Part shown: positions 16,696 to 25,514 of the stretch, piece after piece
Numbering within the stretch: the stretch's first letter is position 1
Layout: each line of letters starts with the position of its first letter
Source: Candidatus Acetocimmeria pyornia
Lineage (GTDB): Bacteria > Bacillota > Sulfobacillia > UBA3575
Direction of reading: 5' to 3'
NCBI GenBank assembly: GCA_004367365.1
Contig: SESX01000002.1
Span: forward strand, 1-46,164
Length of the DNA stretch: 46,164 nt
The notes under the pieces: model-generated
The model's database searches: none
The model's input: the letters and a program-made list of their open reading frames with translations, nothing else
Told to the model about the DNA's origin: nothing
Position numbers and translations under genes: made by a program

Positions 16696-19053
16696 CTACC
16701 GGGGGCCCTCCCGCGGCGGGGTAGGGGGTTGCGGTTCCGGTTCCGCGCCGGCATCTGGAGTTTCCGGCACGCTTTGTGTGGGTTGTTCCGGTTTCACCGG
16801 CTCCTGCCTCTCCTTTGTCTCCTCCGGCCCTTCAGGCCCTTCGGGCGGCTCCTTTTCACCAGCCTCGGGTTCTTGTGGAACCCTGTTTTCTTCTTCTTCT
16901 TCTTCCGGTTCTTGGGGCTGCTCCGGTTCTTCTGGTTCCTCAGGTTCTTCCGGCTCCTCTCTTCTCTCAGGGCCAGCTGGAGGCCTTGGAGGCGGGACCC
17001 CTGGGCCGGGACCAGGAACGAGGCCCTCCAGGTGGACCTGGGGGTCGACCTGTTTTGGCTCTGTTCCGGAGATGAACACCTCCCTGATGGTGGGACAGGT
17101 GGGGTTGGGCAGAAGACCTGTTATTGCACAGATCTCCACTGTCTTGATGCCGGCGGGCCGGATAAAGTCCCCCTTGGGGAGATCCTTGAGGGCCTCGTCC
17201 ATGAACTTGGCCCAGATGGGTGCCGCGAGGGAGCCGCCGGTACCGGGGAGGGTGCCCTCCCGGTCGTGCCCCACGTAGACAGAAGCCACCAGGTCCGGGG
17301 TATAGCCTATGAACCAGGCATCTCGGGAGCGCTCACTGGTCCCGGTCTTGCCTGCTGCAGGCCGGTCAATGATGGTACCGGCAATCCGCCCGGTCCCCGT
17401 GGGACTGAGGACTTCCTTTAGGATCTCAGTAACGATGTAGGCTGTCTTTTCGTCAAGGACCCTGGTGAGGTGCGGGCGATTTTCCTCGATGACGTTACCG
17501 TGACGGTCGACGATTTTCCTGATGGCGATAGGCTCAACCCTAAAACCCAGGTTGGCGAAAGCAGAAAAGGCCTGGGCCATCTCGAGCGGGGTTACCGCCG
17601 AGGCTCCCAGGGCCAGGGGAAGTGTTTCCTCCAGGGGGCTCTCGATACCCAGCCGGCGGGCATATTGCGCGATTTTGCTGGGCCCGATGGTTTGGGCCCA
17701 CCGCACGGCCACGACGTTGTCCGAAATCCGGACGGCTTCCCGTACCAGCATGGGCCGGTTGTGGTAGGGGATAGCACCGAAATCAGTGGGGACATAGGGC
17801 TCCCCTGGGCTCCTTCCGGGGAACTGGACGTAGGCGCAGGTCTGGGCAGAGGCTGCCGTGTACCGGCGGGAATCGATTACAGCGGCATAAAGAAAGGGCT
17901 TAAAGGCCGAACCTGGCTGGCGGTGTGTGAGGGCCCGGTTGAATTTGCTTTGTTTAAAATCACGCCCCCCGACCATGGCCTTAATGTACCCTGTTTTGGG
18001 GTCGATGGCTACCAGGGCGCCCTGGGGCTGGAGGATGCCCTGGGTGTCCGCGGTCCCCGGGCCGAGTCCAGACTGCAGGGCTTCTTCGGCTGCCTCCTGC
18101 ATTTCCAGGTCCAGGGTGGTATAGATCTTGTACCCGCCCCGGTGGAGGAACTTTTCCACCTCGGGGTGGTCCTTGGAGATCTGGTCGATGACGTACTGGA
18201 CGAAATAAGGGGCACGCCGGATCGGGGGCGTAAGACCCGCGAGGTCAATGCGAGTACGGCGGGCAGCAGCGGACTCGGTCTTCGAGATCATTCCCAGCTC
18301 GACCATCCGGTCCAGGACGATCCCCTGGCGTTCCCTGGCAGCCTCCCAGTTGCGGTAGGGGCTGAAATTTTCCGGGCTCTTGATGATCCCGGCCAGCATG
18401 GCACTCTCGGCCAGGTTCAGTTCCCGCACCGGCTTGCCAAAATAGGTTTCAGCCGCCACTTCCACCCCCCAGGCCCCGTGGCCGAGGTAGATCTGGTTCA
18501 GGTAAAGTTCCAGGATTTCCGGCTTCGTGTATTTCATCTCCAGCTTTAGGGTCAAGAAGGCTTCCCTGACTTTACGGGCCAGGGTCTTTTCCGGGGTCAG
18601 GAAAAGGTTCTTGGCCAACTGCTGGGTAATGGTGCTTCCCCCTTCAACAATACGGCCGGCGGCGATGTTGCGGTAGAGGGCTCGGGCGATGCCGATGGGG
18701 TCAATGCCGCGGTGCCGGTAAAACCGGGAATCCTCCACGGCCACCACTGCTTTCTGGAGGTGGTCGGGGATTTGGGCAAGGTCCACCGGGGTACGGTTCT
18801 CAACAAAAAGTTCGGCCAGGAGACGGTCACTGCCGTCGAACACCATGGTGGCCACCCTGGCCTCGGGTTCTTCGATCTCAAGGGCGGTGAGAAGGAGGAA
18901 CCCTGCTGCGACACCCAGGAGGACGAGGGGGATAAAGACCGCCAGGGAGATCTTCACGGCTCTGAAGAAAAAACGGCGGAATCGCCCCGAGCCGGCTGCC
19001 AGGCGCTTCCGGGGCTGCTTTTTCCGCTTCCGTTCCCGCCTGCTCTCCACCAC
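16696..19053 (-). CDS. Class A penicillin-binding protein (PBP1A family, glycosyltransferase + transpeptidase) with an acidic Pro/Glu-rich C-terminal tail
   Basis: GT51 motifs (VAVEDSRFYRHRGID, GGSTITQQLAKN), transpeptidase SxxK (PGSAFKP), SDN and KTGT. GTG at 19053 lies 7 nt after GGAGG. The longest ORF would start at 19155. Confidence 0.9.
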   Translation of the reverse strand: MVESRRERKRKKQPRKRLAAGSGRFRRFFFRAVKISLAVFIPLVLLGVAAGFLLLTALEIEEPEARVATMVFDGSDRLLAELFVENRTPVDLAQIPDHLQKAVVAVEDSRFYRHRGIDPIGIARALYRNIAAGRIVEGGSTITQQLAKNLFLTPEKTLARKVREAFLTLKLEMKYTKPEILELYLNQIYLGHGAWGVEVAAETYFGKPVRELNLAESAMLAGIIKSPENFSPYRNWEAARERQGIVLDRMVELGMISKTESAAARRTRIDLAGLTPPIRRAPYFVQYVIDQISKDHPEVEKFLHRGGYKIYTTLDLEMQEAAEEALQSGLGPGTADTQGILQPQGALVAIDPKTGYIKAMVGGRDFKQSKFNRALTHRQPGSAFKPFLYAAVIDSRRYTAASAQTCAYVQFPGRSPGEPYVPTDFGAIPYHNRPMLVREAVRISDNVVAVRWAQTIGPSKIAQYARRLGIESPLEETLPLALGASAVTPLEMAQAFSAFANLGFRVEPIAIRKIVDRHGNVIEENRPHLTRVLDEKTAYIVTEILKEVLSPTGTGRIAGTIIDRPAAGKTGTSERSRDAWFIGYTPDLVASVYVGHDREGTLPGTGGSLAAPIWAKFMDEALKDLPKGDFIRPAGIKTVEICAITGLLPNPTCPTIREVFISGTEPKQVDPQVHLEGLVPGPGPGVPPPRPPAGPERREEPEEPEEPEEPEQPQEPEEEEEENRVPQEPEAGEKEPPEGPEGPEETKERQEPVKPEQPTQSVPETPDAGAEPEPQPPTPPREGPR

Positions 19054-19210
19054 GCTGGCACCTCCACGGATGACTTTCCAGCTGGTATCCCCTTTCCACG
19101 TTATTATCACCAACTTTTCCCGGCAGTAACGTGGGGAGGTGCACCTCTTTGCCATCCCTTACGGATAAAGGAAGGGCATCCGTGCCATACTTTTTCAGGA
19201 GGCCCAAAAA

Positions 19211-20056
19211 GTGGGGGTGGAGTTGATGCTTGGCAACCTCCTGTTTCTCTTTTTCCTCCTGATGTCTTTACTCCCCATGTTCAAGCAGAAACAGATCAAT
19301 GCCGCTCGACACCGTCTCTTGGCTGCCATCCAGAGAAAACGTGGTTCTCGTGTGATCACCATGATCCACCGCCAGGAGGCCCTAAGCCTTCTGGGTATAC
19401 CGATTGCCCGGTACATAGACATCGAGGATTCGGAAAGGATCCTGCGGGCCATCCGGCTTACCCCGGACGATGTCCCAATCGACATCGTCCTCCATACCCC
19501 GGGGGGCCTCGTCTTGGCTGCGGAACAGATCGCCCTGGCCCTCCGCGGTCACCCGGCCAAGGTGACGGTTTTTGTTCCTCACTACGCCATGTCTGGAGGC
19601 ACCCTTCTGGCCCTGGCGGCAGACGAGATTGTCATGGACGAAAACGCGGTCTTAGGGCCGGTGGACCCTCAGCTGGGTTCCTTCCCCGCCGCCTCCATCC
19701 TCAAGGTCCTAAGAGAAAAAGACATCAACCAGGTAGATGACCAGACACTGATTCTCGGCGACGTGGCAGGGAAGGCCCTGGTCCAGGTCCACAAGTTCGT
19801 GAAAGGGCTCCTCCGGGACCGGATGGAGGAAGAAAAGGCGGCCGAGATAGCGCTGGCCCTTACCGAGGGCCGTTGGACCCACGATTATCCCCTTCACGCC
19901 CGGCAGCTCCAGGACCTTGGGATTAACGTCAGTGTCGGGCTGCCGCGTGAAATCTACATGCTCATGGACCTTTACCCCCAACCTGTACCACGGCGCCCGT
20001 CGGTCCAGTACGTACCTCTCCCACGGGACAGGGGCAGAGGGGTCGAACAGGACTGA
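19211..20056 (+). CDS. SDH-family Clp-fold serine proteinase (membrane-anchored)
   Basis: RBS AGGAGG 8 nt before the GTG. N-terminal TM. RGSRVITMIHRQE ... IDIVLHTPGG ... AMSGGTLLALAADEIVM is typical of this family. Confidence 0.8.
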   Translation: MGVELMLGNLLFLFFLLMSLLPMFKQKQINAARHRLLAAIQRKRGSRVITMIHRQEALSLLGIPIARYIDIEDSERILRAIRLTPDDVPIDIVLHTPGGLVLAAEQIALALRGHPAKVTVFVPHYAMSGGTLLALAADEIVMDENAVLGPVDPQLGSFPAASILKVLREKDINQVDDQTLILGDVAGKALVQVHKFVKGLLRDRMEEEKAAEIALALTEGRWTHDYPLHARQLQDLGINVSVGLPREIYMLMDLYPQPVPRRPSVQYVPLPRDRGRGVEQD

Positions 20057-20070
20057 AAGGTTGGCGGTTC

Positions 20071-20096
20071 ACCGGCACAAAGCCGGTTTCTTTTTT
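20071..20096 (+). terminator. Rho-independent terminator
   Basis: accggc acaaa gccggt followed by ttcttttttcc. Confidence 0.75.
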
Positions 20097-20106
20097 CCGG
20101 TTGATC

Positions 20107-20115
20107 TGTTATAAT
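20107..20115 (+). promoter_or_regulatory. Extended -10 element TGtTATAAT upstream of pdaD
   Basis: Read directly. The -35 is poor (TTTCTT). Confidence 0.45.
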
Positions 20116-20178
20116 TTCGATGGCTAATCCTGAGTGACGGCAGGGGCGCCGGCTCGCGGCGTACCCTAAAGGAGAGGA

Positions 20179-20646
20179 GTGAAGGCTGTGCTGCCTACCC
20201 CGACTAAATTTACCCTGGTGGCCGGGAAGGCCGAAGGACCGACCAGGCTCAATGCCTTTGACAATGCCCTCCTGAACGCCGGGGTTGGAAACCTGAACCT
20301 CGTTCGGGTTAGTAGTATTTTGCCACCAGCAGCCACCTACGTGGAACGTGTGGACATACCCTACGGTTCCTTGGTCCCCATGGCATACGGTTCCATTGTC
20401 AGCTCCGAAACCGGGAAGAGGATCTGTGCCGGGATCGGGGTTGGAATCTCCCCGAAGGGCTACGGAATCATCATGGAGTATTCCGGGGAGGGGACGGCCC
20501 GCAGTGCCGAGGAAGCCGTGAAGCAGATGGTGGAGGAGGCCTTTCGGGTCAGGGGTCTCCACCTGAAGGAGATCAAGGTCAAGGCCGAGGAACATGTCGT
20601 CCAGGAGACGGGCGCCGTTTTCGCCGGGGCTGCCCTCTGGTACTGA
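20179..20646 (+). CDS. pdaD: Pyruvoyl-dependent arginine decarboxylase
   Basis: LVAGKAEGPTRLNAFDNALLNAGVGNLNLVRVSSILPP with the Ser-Ser self-cleavage site. About 155 aa. GTG 20188 is an alternative start. Confidence 0.9.
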   Translation: MKAVLPTPTKFTLVAGKAEGPTRLNAFDNALLNAGVGNLNLVRVSSILPPAATYVERVDIPYGSLVPMAYGSIVSSETGKRICAGIGVGISPKGYGIIMEYSGEGTARSAEEAVKQMVEEAFRVRGLHLKEIKVKAEEHVVQETGAVFAGAALWY

Positions 20647-20671
20647 AGACCCCAATCTCGTTCCAGAGCAA

Positions 20672-21040
20672 CCCTGGCGTGCAACTTATGGGAAATACCG
20701 GCTCCATTTTTCGTGCTTCATGATGCGAGCGCGGCGGCATGGGCGGCTATTACCAAAATGCTACCATCTGCCTCGCCCGGGGTGCTCCTCCACTGGCCTT
20801 TCTTATTCCTCACCCCTTCGGGGCTGCGGCATAACCGGTCTTTTTCCGGAGGACCCCGGGCGTGCAGCTTTTGGGGAACACCGGCTCAATTTTCATCCTT
20901 TGGGGTGCCGTCACGGGTGGCGACATGGACGACTACCACGAAAATATCCCAACGGCGCCGGTCTTCCTTCGCGGCGTCACGCTATAGTGGTGCCGCCGGG
21001 ACGGGTTGGGCAGCTTGCTGCAACATCGACTGGCGTCGCC
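20672..21040 (+). repeat. Tandem pair of an intergenic repeat unit of about 183 nt (unit A 20672-20855, unit B 20856-about 21040)
   Basis: The first 35 nt from ggcgtgca (20676 / 20859) are 31/35 identical by manual alignment. Further shared blocks: attttYc, ggcggc/ggtggc ... catgg, accaMRaaaat. Unit B carries both cores found at 961-1250. Confidence 0.65.
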
Positions 21041-21111
21041 TAGAAAACCGGAGCCACCACCGTGAGGTCAAGAAACGACGGGATCTTAAGTGTTAGAGGG
21101 AGTGAAGGTTT

Positions 21112-21963
21112 ATGGAACTGTGGTTCACCGAGGACCAGACACCCGAGATGCGGATCTCATGCCGGGTCAAGGAAGTGCTCTACCGTGGGAAATCAACCTA
21201 CCAGGAGATCCTGGTTTTGGACACCTTCCAGTTCGGCCGGATGTTGGTTCTCGACGACATCATCCAGACCACAGAGAGGGACGAGTTTGTTTACCACGAA
21301 ATGATTGTCCACCCGGCCCTGGTGGCCCACCCGAAGCCTGAGAGGGTGTTGGTTGTCGGGGGTGGCGACGGGGGTACGGTCCGGGAGGTCTTGAAGCACA
21401 CCTCGGTCCAGGAGGTGGTCCTGGCCGAGATCGACGAGAAGGTGGTTGAGGTTGCCCGCCGCTTCTTGCCCACCATCAGCAGCGGGCTGGATGACCCGCG
21501 GGTGAAAGTGGACATCGGGGACGGGATCAAGCACGTGAAAGGTGTACGTGGGGCCTACGACGTGATCATCGTTGATTCCACCGATCCCATCGGACCGGCC
21601 GTGGGCCTCTTCTCTGAGGATTTTTACCGGTCCGTGCGCGAGGCCCTGCGCCCGGAAGGACTCCTTGTGGCCCAGACGGAGTCACCCTTTTTCAACTCAA
21701 CACTGGTCCAGCAGGTTCAAAGGACAGTTGCCGGGCTCTTCCCGGTCACTACCCTTCACCTGGCGAGTGTACCCACCTATCCAGGAGGACTGTGGAGCTT
21801 TACCATTGGCTCCAAGGTGGTAGACCCCCGCAACCCTGGCCAGGAGCGCCTGGAGATGGCAGCCGGGCTTGAGACCAGGTATTATTCCCCCGAGGTCCAG
21901 CACCAGGCCTTCGTGCTCCCCCCCTTTGTGGCCGAACTGGTGCAGGGGGGAGATGCCGGATAG
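21112..21963 (+). CDS. speE: Spermidine synthase / polyamine aminopropyltransferase
   Basis: MELWFTE ... GRMLVLDDIIQTTERDEFVYHEM ... VLVVGGGDGGTVREVLKH ... IIVDSTDPIGPA. Confidence 0.95.
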   Translation: MELWFTEDQTPEMRISCRVKEVLYRGKSTYQEILVLDTFQFGRMLVLDDIIQTTERDEFVYHEMIVHPALVAHPKPERVLVVGGGDGGTVREVLKHTSVQEVVLAEIDEKVVEVARRFLPTISSGLDDPRVKVDIGDGIKHVKGVRGAYDVIIVDSTDPIGPAVGLFSEDFYRSVREALRPEGLLVAQTESPFFNSTLVQQVQRTVAGLFPVTTLHLASVPTYPGGLWSFTIGSKVVDPRNPGQERLEMAAGLETRYYSPEVQHQAFVLPPFVAELVQGGDAG

Positions 21964-22060
21964 AGAAGAGAAGAAGAAGGTCGAGGCCTTCGAGGGTGGG
22001 GGAGATCCGATGAGCCGGGGCAACCGGAACCAGGAAGCGAAAGCGGCTGTGGGAGTACAA

Positions 22061-22966
22061 ATGGAATCCGGGCGCCCTTTCATGGGGGCCGGCCCCGATT
22101 ACGCCGGTGCCCGGGTTGTGCTTTTTGGTGTCCCCATGGATTTCACCACCAGTTTCCGGGCGGGGACGCGCCTAGGCCCGACCCGGATCCGGGAAGCATC
22201 TTACGGCCTGGAGGAATACAGTCTTGCCCTGGGGGCTGACCTGGGGGATGTCCCTTTTTACGACCTGGGGGACCTGGTCCTGCCCCTGGGGAATGTCAAC
22301 GCTTCCCTGGACCGAACCCGCCGGTTGGCCAAAAAGGTCCTGGCTGACGGCAAGGTGCCTTTTGCCCTGGGTGGTGAGCACCTGGTAACCCTGCCCCTGG
22401 TTGAAGCAGCCGCCGAGCGCCACCCCGACCTGGTGGTGGTCCAGCTTGATGCCCATGCTGACCTGCGTGACACCTATCTTGGGGAGCGGTTTTCTCACGC
22501 CACGGTGATGCGCAGGGTGGTGGAAGTGGTAGGGGCCGGGAAGGTGTTCCAGGTTGGGGTCCGCTCGGCTACCCGCTCCGAGGCTCAGTACGCGCGTGCA
22601 AAGACGCGTTTTTTCCCCGAGGAGGTCCTTGGTCCCCTGGAGGAGGTCTTGCCCTGCCTGGCTGGCCGGCCTGTCTATTTCACCCTCGACATCGACGTCG
22701 TGGACCCGGCTTTCGCTCCTGGGACCGGGGCACCGGAACCCGGCGGCCCGGGGCCGCGGGAAGTGATCCAGGCCGTTAGGGAACTTGCTTCGGTTGCTAG
22801 CGCGGCCTCGACTCCTGGTGCACCAGGCAGGTCGTTCCAGGTGGTGGGGTTGGACCTGGTTGAGGTCAGTCCCCCTTATGACACCGGGGAAATCACGGTC
22901 ATTCTGGCGGCGAAATTGGTGCGGGAAGCCTTGCTTGCTCTTTGTGGTTCGGGTAGCAAGGATTAA
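22061..22966 (+). CDS. speB: Agmatinase / ureohydrolase family
   Basis: FGVPMDFTTSFRAGTRLGPTRIREAS, LDAHADLRD, FTLDIDVVDPAFAPGTGAPEPGG. ATG 22061 follows GGGAG. ATG 22010 (after GGTGGGGGAG) is an equally possible start. Confidence 0.9.
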   Translation: MESGRPFMGAGPDYAGARVVLFGVPMDFTTSFRAGTRLGPTRIREASYGLEEYSLALGADLGDVPFYDLGDLVLPLGNVNASLDRTRRLAKKVLADGKVPFALGGEHLVTLPLVEAAAERHPDLVVVQLDAHADLRDTYLGERFSHATVMRRVVEVVGAGKVFQVGVRSATRSEAQYARAKTRFFPEEVLGPLEEVLPCLAGRPVYFTLDIDVVDPAFAPGTGAPEPGGPGPREVIQAVRELASVASAASTPGAPGRSFQVVGLDLVEVSPPYDTGEITVILAAKLVREALLALCGSGSKD

Positions 22967-23096
22967 GGATTGGGGATTAAGGATGAGGGGAACAATCCTG
23001 GTGCTGCATCAAAAGGGGCGGCACTACCGCAGAAGGTGCTGTTTGAAGGTATTTGAAGGTAATGGTGGGAACAAGGATCGGCAGGAGGCTGGCCGT

Positions 23097-24803
23097 ATGA
23101 AGGAGAGACTGGAGAGGGGAAAGGCTGTCACAAGACAGATCCGGGAAGATTTACGCCGCAGGGTTGAAGAGGCGCTGCGGTGCGCGGCGGCGGCTGGGGA
23201 CCTCAAGCTACCTCTTTTCCCTACCGTGACCATTGAGGTGCCCCGGGAAAAGGACCACGGTGATTATGCCACCGCGGTGGCCTTGGGGATGGCCCGGACA
23301 GAAAAAAGGGCGCCCAGGGAGATTGCCGAAAAAATTGTGCGTCATCTTCCGAAAGATGGTGTGGGCATAAGCCGGATCGAAATTGCCGGACCCGGCTTCA
23401 TCAACTTTTTCCTGGCCCATGACTGGCTCCATGATGTTTTACGGCTGGTTCAGGCCATGGGCTCCGCCTACGGGCAGACCGAACACGGTGCGGGGAAAAA
23501 GGTGCAGGTTGAGTTCGTGAGTGCTAACCCCACCGGTCCCCTGAACGTGGTTAACGCCCGGGCGGCTGCCGTCGGTGATACCCTGGTCCGGATCCTGGCG
23601 GCTTCCGGTTACGACGCCCACCGGGAATTCTACATTAACGATGCTGGGAACCAGGTTGCCCGGTTTGGACTCTCCGTTGAGGCCCGGCTCCGGGAACTTG
23701 TGGGGCAAAAGGTCCAGTTCCCGGCTGACGGTTACCCGGGAGAATACGTCCGTGACCTGGCCCGGAAGGTCCTGGAGCGGGACGGGGAAGTCCTTCTTGG
23801 TTTGAACCAGGAGGAGAGGGTCCGGCGCTTGGCAGAGTTTGGTGTCCGTGAAATGGTCAAGGACCAGAAGGCACTCCTGGCCCGGTACGGCGTAGAGTAC
23901 GAGGTCTGGTTCAGCGAAAAGAGCCTCCGGGATGAAGGGGCTGCAGAAAAGGTGGTTGAAGTCCTGCAGGGGAGGGGTTACACCTACGAGAAGGACGGGG
24001 CGGTCTGGTTCAAGTCCACCATCTTCGGGGATGACAAGGACCGGGTACTGGTCAAAAGCAACGGGGAATTCACCTATCTTGTACCGGATATCGCCTACCA
24101 CTGGAACAAGTACGACCGAGGGTTCGAAACCGTCATTGACCTCTTGGGCCCAGACCACCACGGTTACATTGACCGGCTCCGGGCGGCGGTAGAGGCCGGC
24201 GGCTATGACCCCAGGTCCCTGGAGGTAATCATCGTTCAGATGGTCCGGCTCATCCGGGGAGGGAGGCCGGTCCGGATTTCGAAGCGGGCTGGAGAGTTCG
24301 TTACCATGGAGGAACTCCTGGATGAAGTCGGCAAGGATGCTGCCCGGTTTTTCTTCCTGATGCGGTCGGCCGACAGCCACCTTGACTTCGACCTTGACCT
24401 GGCCAGGGTGCAGGGTAACGAGAACCCGGTTTACTATGTCCAGTATGCCCATGCCCGGATCTGCAGCATCCTGCAGGAAGCAGAAAAACGCGGTGTCGCC
24501 TTCCCTGACCCTGCTGAAGTGGATCTCACCCCCCTTGCAACCCCGGAAGAGGTTGAACTCATGAAAAAGATCGCCGCCTTGCCCGAAGAAATCATCGAGG
24601 CCGCCGAAGCCCGGGAGCCTCACCGCCTCACCGTTTATGCCCGCGACCTGGCGACCCTTTTTCACTCTTTCTACACCGAATGCCGGGTTCTCGGCGCAGA
24701 GCCCGGCCTGACGGCCGCGAGGCTGGTGCTGGTGGATTGCACCCGGATTGTTTTGAGGAACGTCCTGGAACTCCTTGGTATTTCGGCTCCTGAGAGGATG
24801 TGA
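23097..24803 (+). CDS. argS: Arginine--tRNA ligase
   Basis: ATG 23097 follows GGAGG. SANPTGPLNVVNARAA (HIGH-region variant), class I signature, C-terminal anticodon-binding domain. The longer ORF start 22785 overlaps speB. Confidence 0.95.
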   Translation: MKERLERGKAVTRQIREDLRRRVEEALRCAAAAGDLKLPLFPTVTIEVPREKDHGDYATAVALGMARTEKRAPREIAEKIVRHLPKDGVGISRIEIAGPGFINFFLAHDWLHDVLRLVQAMGSAYGQTEHGAGKKVQVEFVSANPTGPLNVVNARAAAVGDTLVRILAASGYDAHREFYINDAGNQVARFGLSVEARLRELVGQKVQFPADGYPGEYVRDLARKVLERDGEVLLGLNQEERVRRLAEFGVREMVKDQKALLARYGVEYEVWFSEKSLRDEGAAEKVVEVLQGRGYTYEKDGAVWFKSTIFGDDKDRVLVKSNGEFTYLVPDIAYHWNKYDRGFETVIDLLGPDHHGYIDRLRAAVEAGGYDPRSLEVIIVQMVRLIRGGRPVRISKRAGEFVTMEELLDEVGKDAARFFFLMRSADSHLDFDLDLARVQGNENPVYYVQYAHARICSILQEAEKRGVAFPDPAEVDLTPLATPEEVELMKKIAALPEEIIEAAEAREPHRLTVYARDLATLFHSFYTECRVLGAEPGLTAARLVLVDCTRIVLRNVLELLGISAPERM

Positions 24804-25514
24804 GCCTCGCGCCTGCCCTAATAGTCCCCGAGTTTCCGCTCCTGCCCCCATGGGCCCCCTGTACTCCCTTTTGCCCATGCACCGCTCCATATCCCCATGG
24901 ACAACCACCCCGGTCCCACCCAGCCCTTGCCAGAGCACCCCGGCCCGGCAGCCCTTGGCCCAGAGATTAGGGCCTGCGCCGGGCCTGTGTGATGGGGCTC
25001 GGACTTGTTCCCGATCTGGGCGAAGGCCTGCCGTGCTCCGTACTGTTCCTCACCAAATACCTGTAGTACGGTTGATTTGACCTGTGGAGCAAACTCAGCC
25101 CCCCGTGAAAGAGATTACGCCGCCGGGCCACCGGGATTTGTTTCAATTCGACCTGATCCCTGCCAGCAGGAAATTTAGACCAGGAAAAGAATACTTCTTA
25201 CCGACCTGTCGATCGATGACGAATCTTCTGGTTCTTTTCTTTGTTCTTGTTTATTCTTGCTTGTGCAGAAAATCGGCTTTTGTGAGGCGAAAAATGCTCT
25301 TTAGCAAAGTTATGGGTCCTGGTTTAGTCACGGTGACCCATTCCGTGTCTTACCCCCCAAGCCCCCATCTTCGATACCTCAAAATACACCACGAAAAATC
25401 ATGTCAGTGGAAGAAGCAGTGAAAAGAGCAGCTAATTAAGGAGGGGAAACGGGAGATGACCGGGATTTGGCCTGGCACGCGCGTGTCAAAAGGGGATTTC
25501 AGGGGGGATCGGGG

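Noticed and set aside
20594-21096. ORFs 20594-21043 and 20713-21096 in the pdaD-speE gap. Also the idea that the gap hides a decayed speH (AdoMet decarboxylase).
   Set aside because: The translations are Arg/Pro/Gly-rich, start inside pdaD or without an RBS, and no frame resembles SpeH motifs (no ...ESH(L/I)(S/T)IHTWPE... type segment). The tandem nucleotide repeat explains the region.
22967-23096. Possible T-box leader upstream of argS.
   Set aside because: The spacer is only about 130 nt, with no T-box sequence (GGTGGTACCGCG-like), no specifier/terminator architecture and no terminator after speB. argS is probably co-transcribed or has a simple promoter.
23439-24938. 499-aa minus-strand ORF antisense to argS. 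Similar long antisense ORFs: 41819-43132 (-), 17470-18549 (+), 18712-19740 (+), 36903-37856 (-), 3841-4752 (-), 26726-27613 (-), 28637-29464 (-), 27555-28322 (-), 35907-36649 (-), 20008-20655 (-).
   Set aside because: Each lies fully opposite a gene with clear family motifs. Their translations are Gly/Pro/Arg-rich low-complexity with no motifs or RBS. They are typical stop-poor antisense frames of GC-rich DNA.
24808-24980. C-rich stretch downstream of argS flanked by an 8-bp inverted repeat (gccctaat / attagggc).
   Set aside because: An 8-bp match over about 150 nt is expected by chance in a 660-nt spacer. There is no terminator or promoter signature. I noted the compositional skew only.
25084-25422. 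112-aa ORF in the argS-mcp spacer. Also a search for a sigma-D (TAAA-N15-GCCGATAT) promoter for the che operon.
   Set aside because: The ORF has no RBS and an implausible composition. I could not find a convincing sigma-D or sigma-A promoter by eye, so none is reported.
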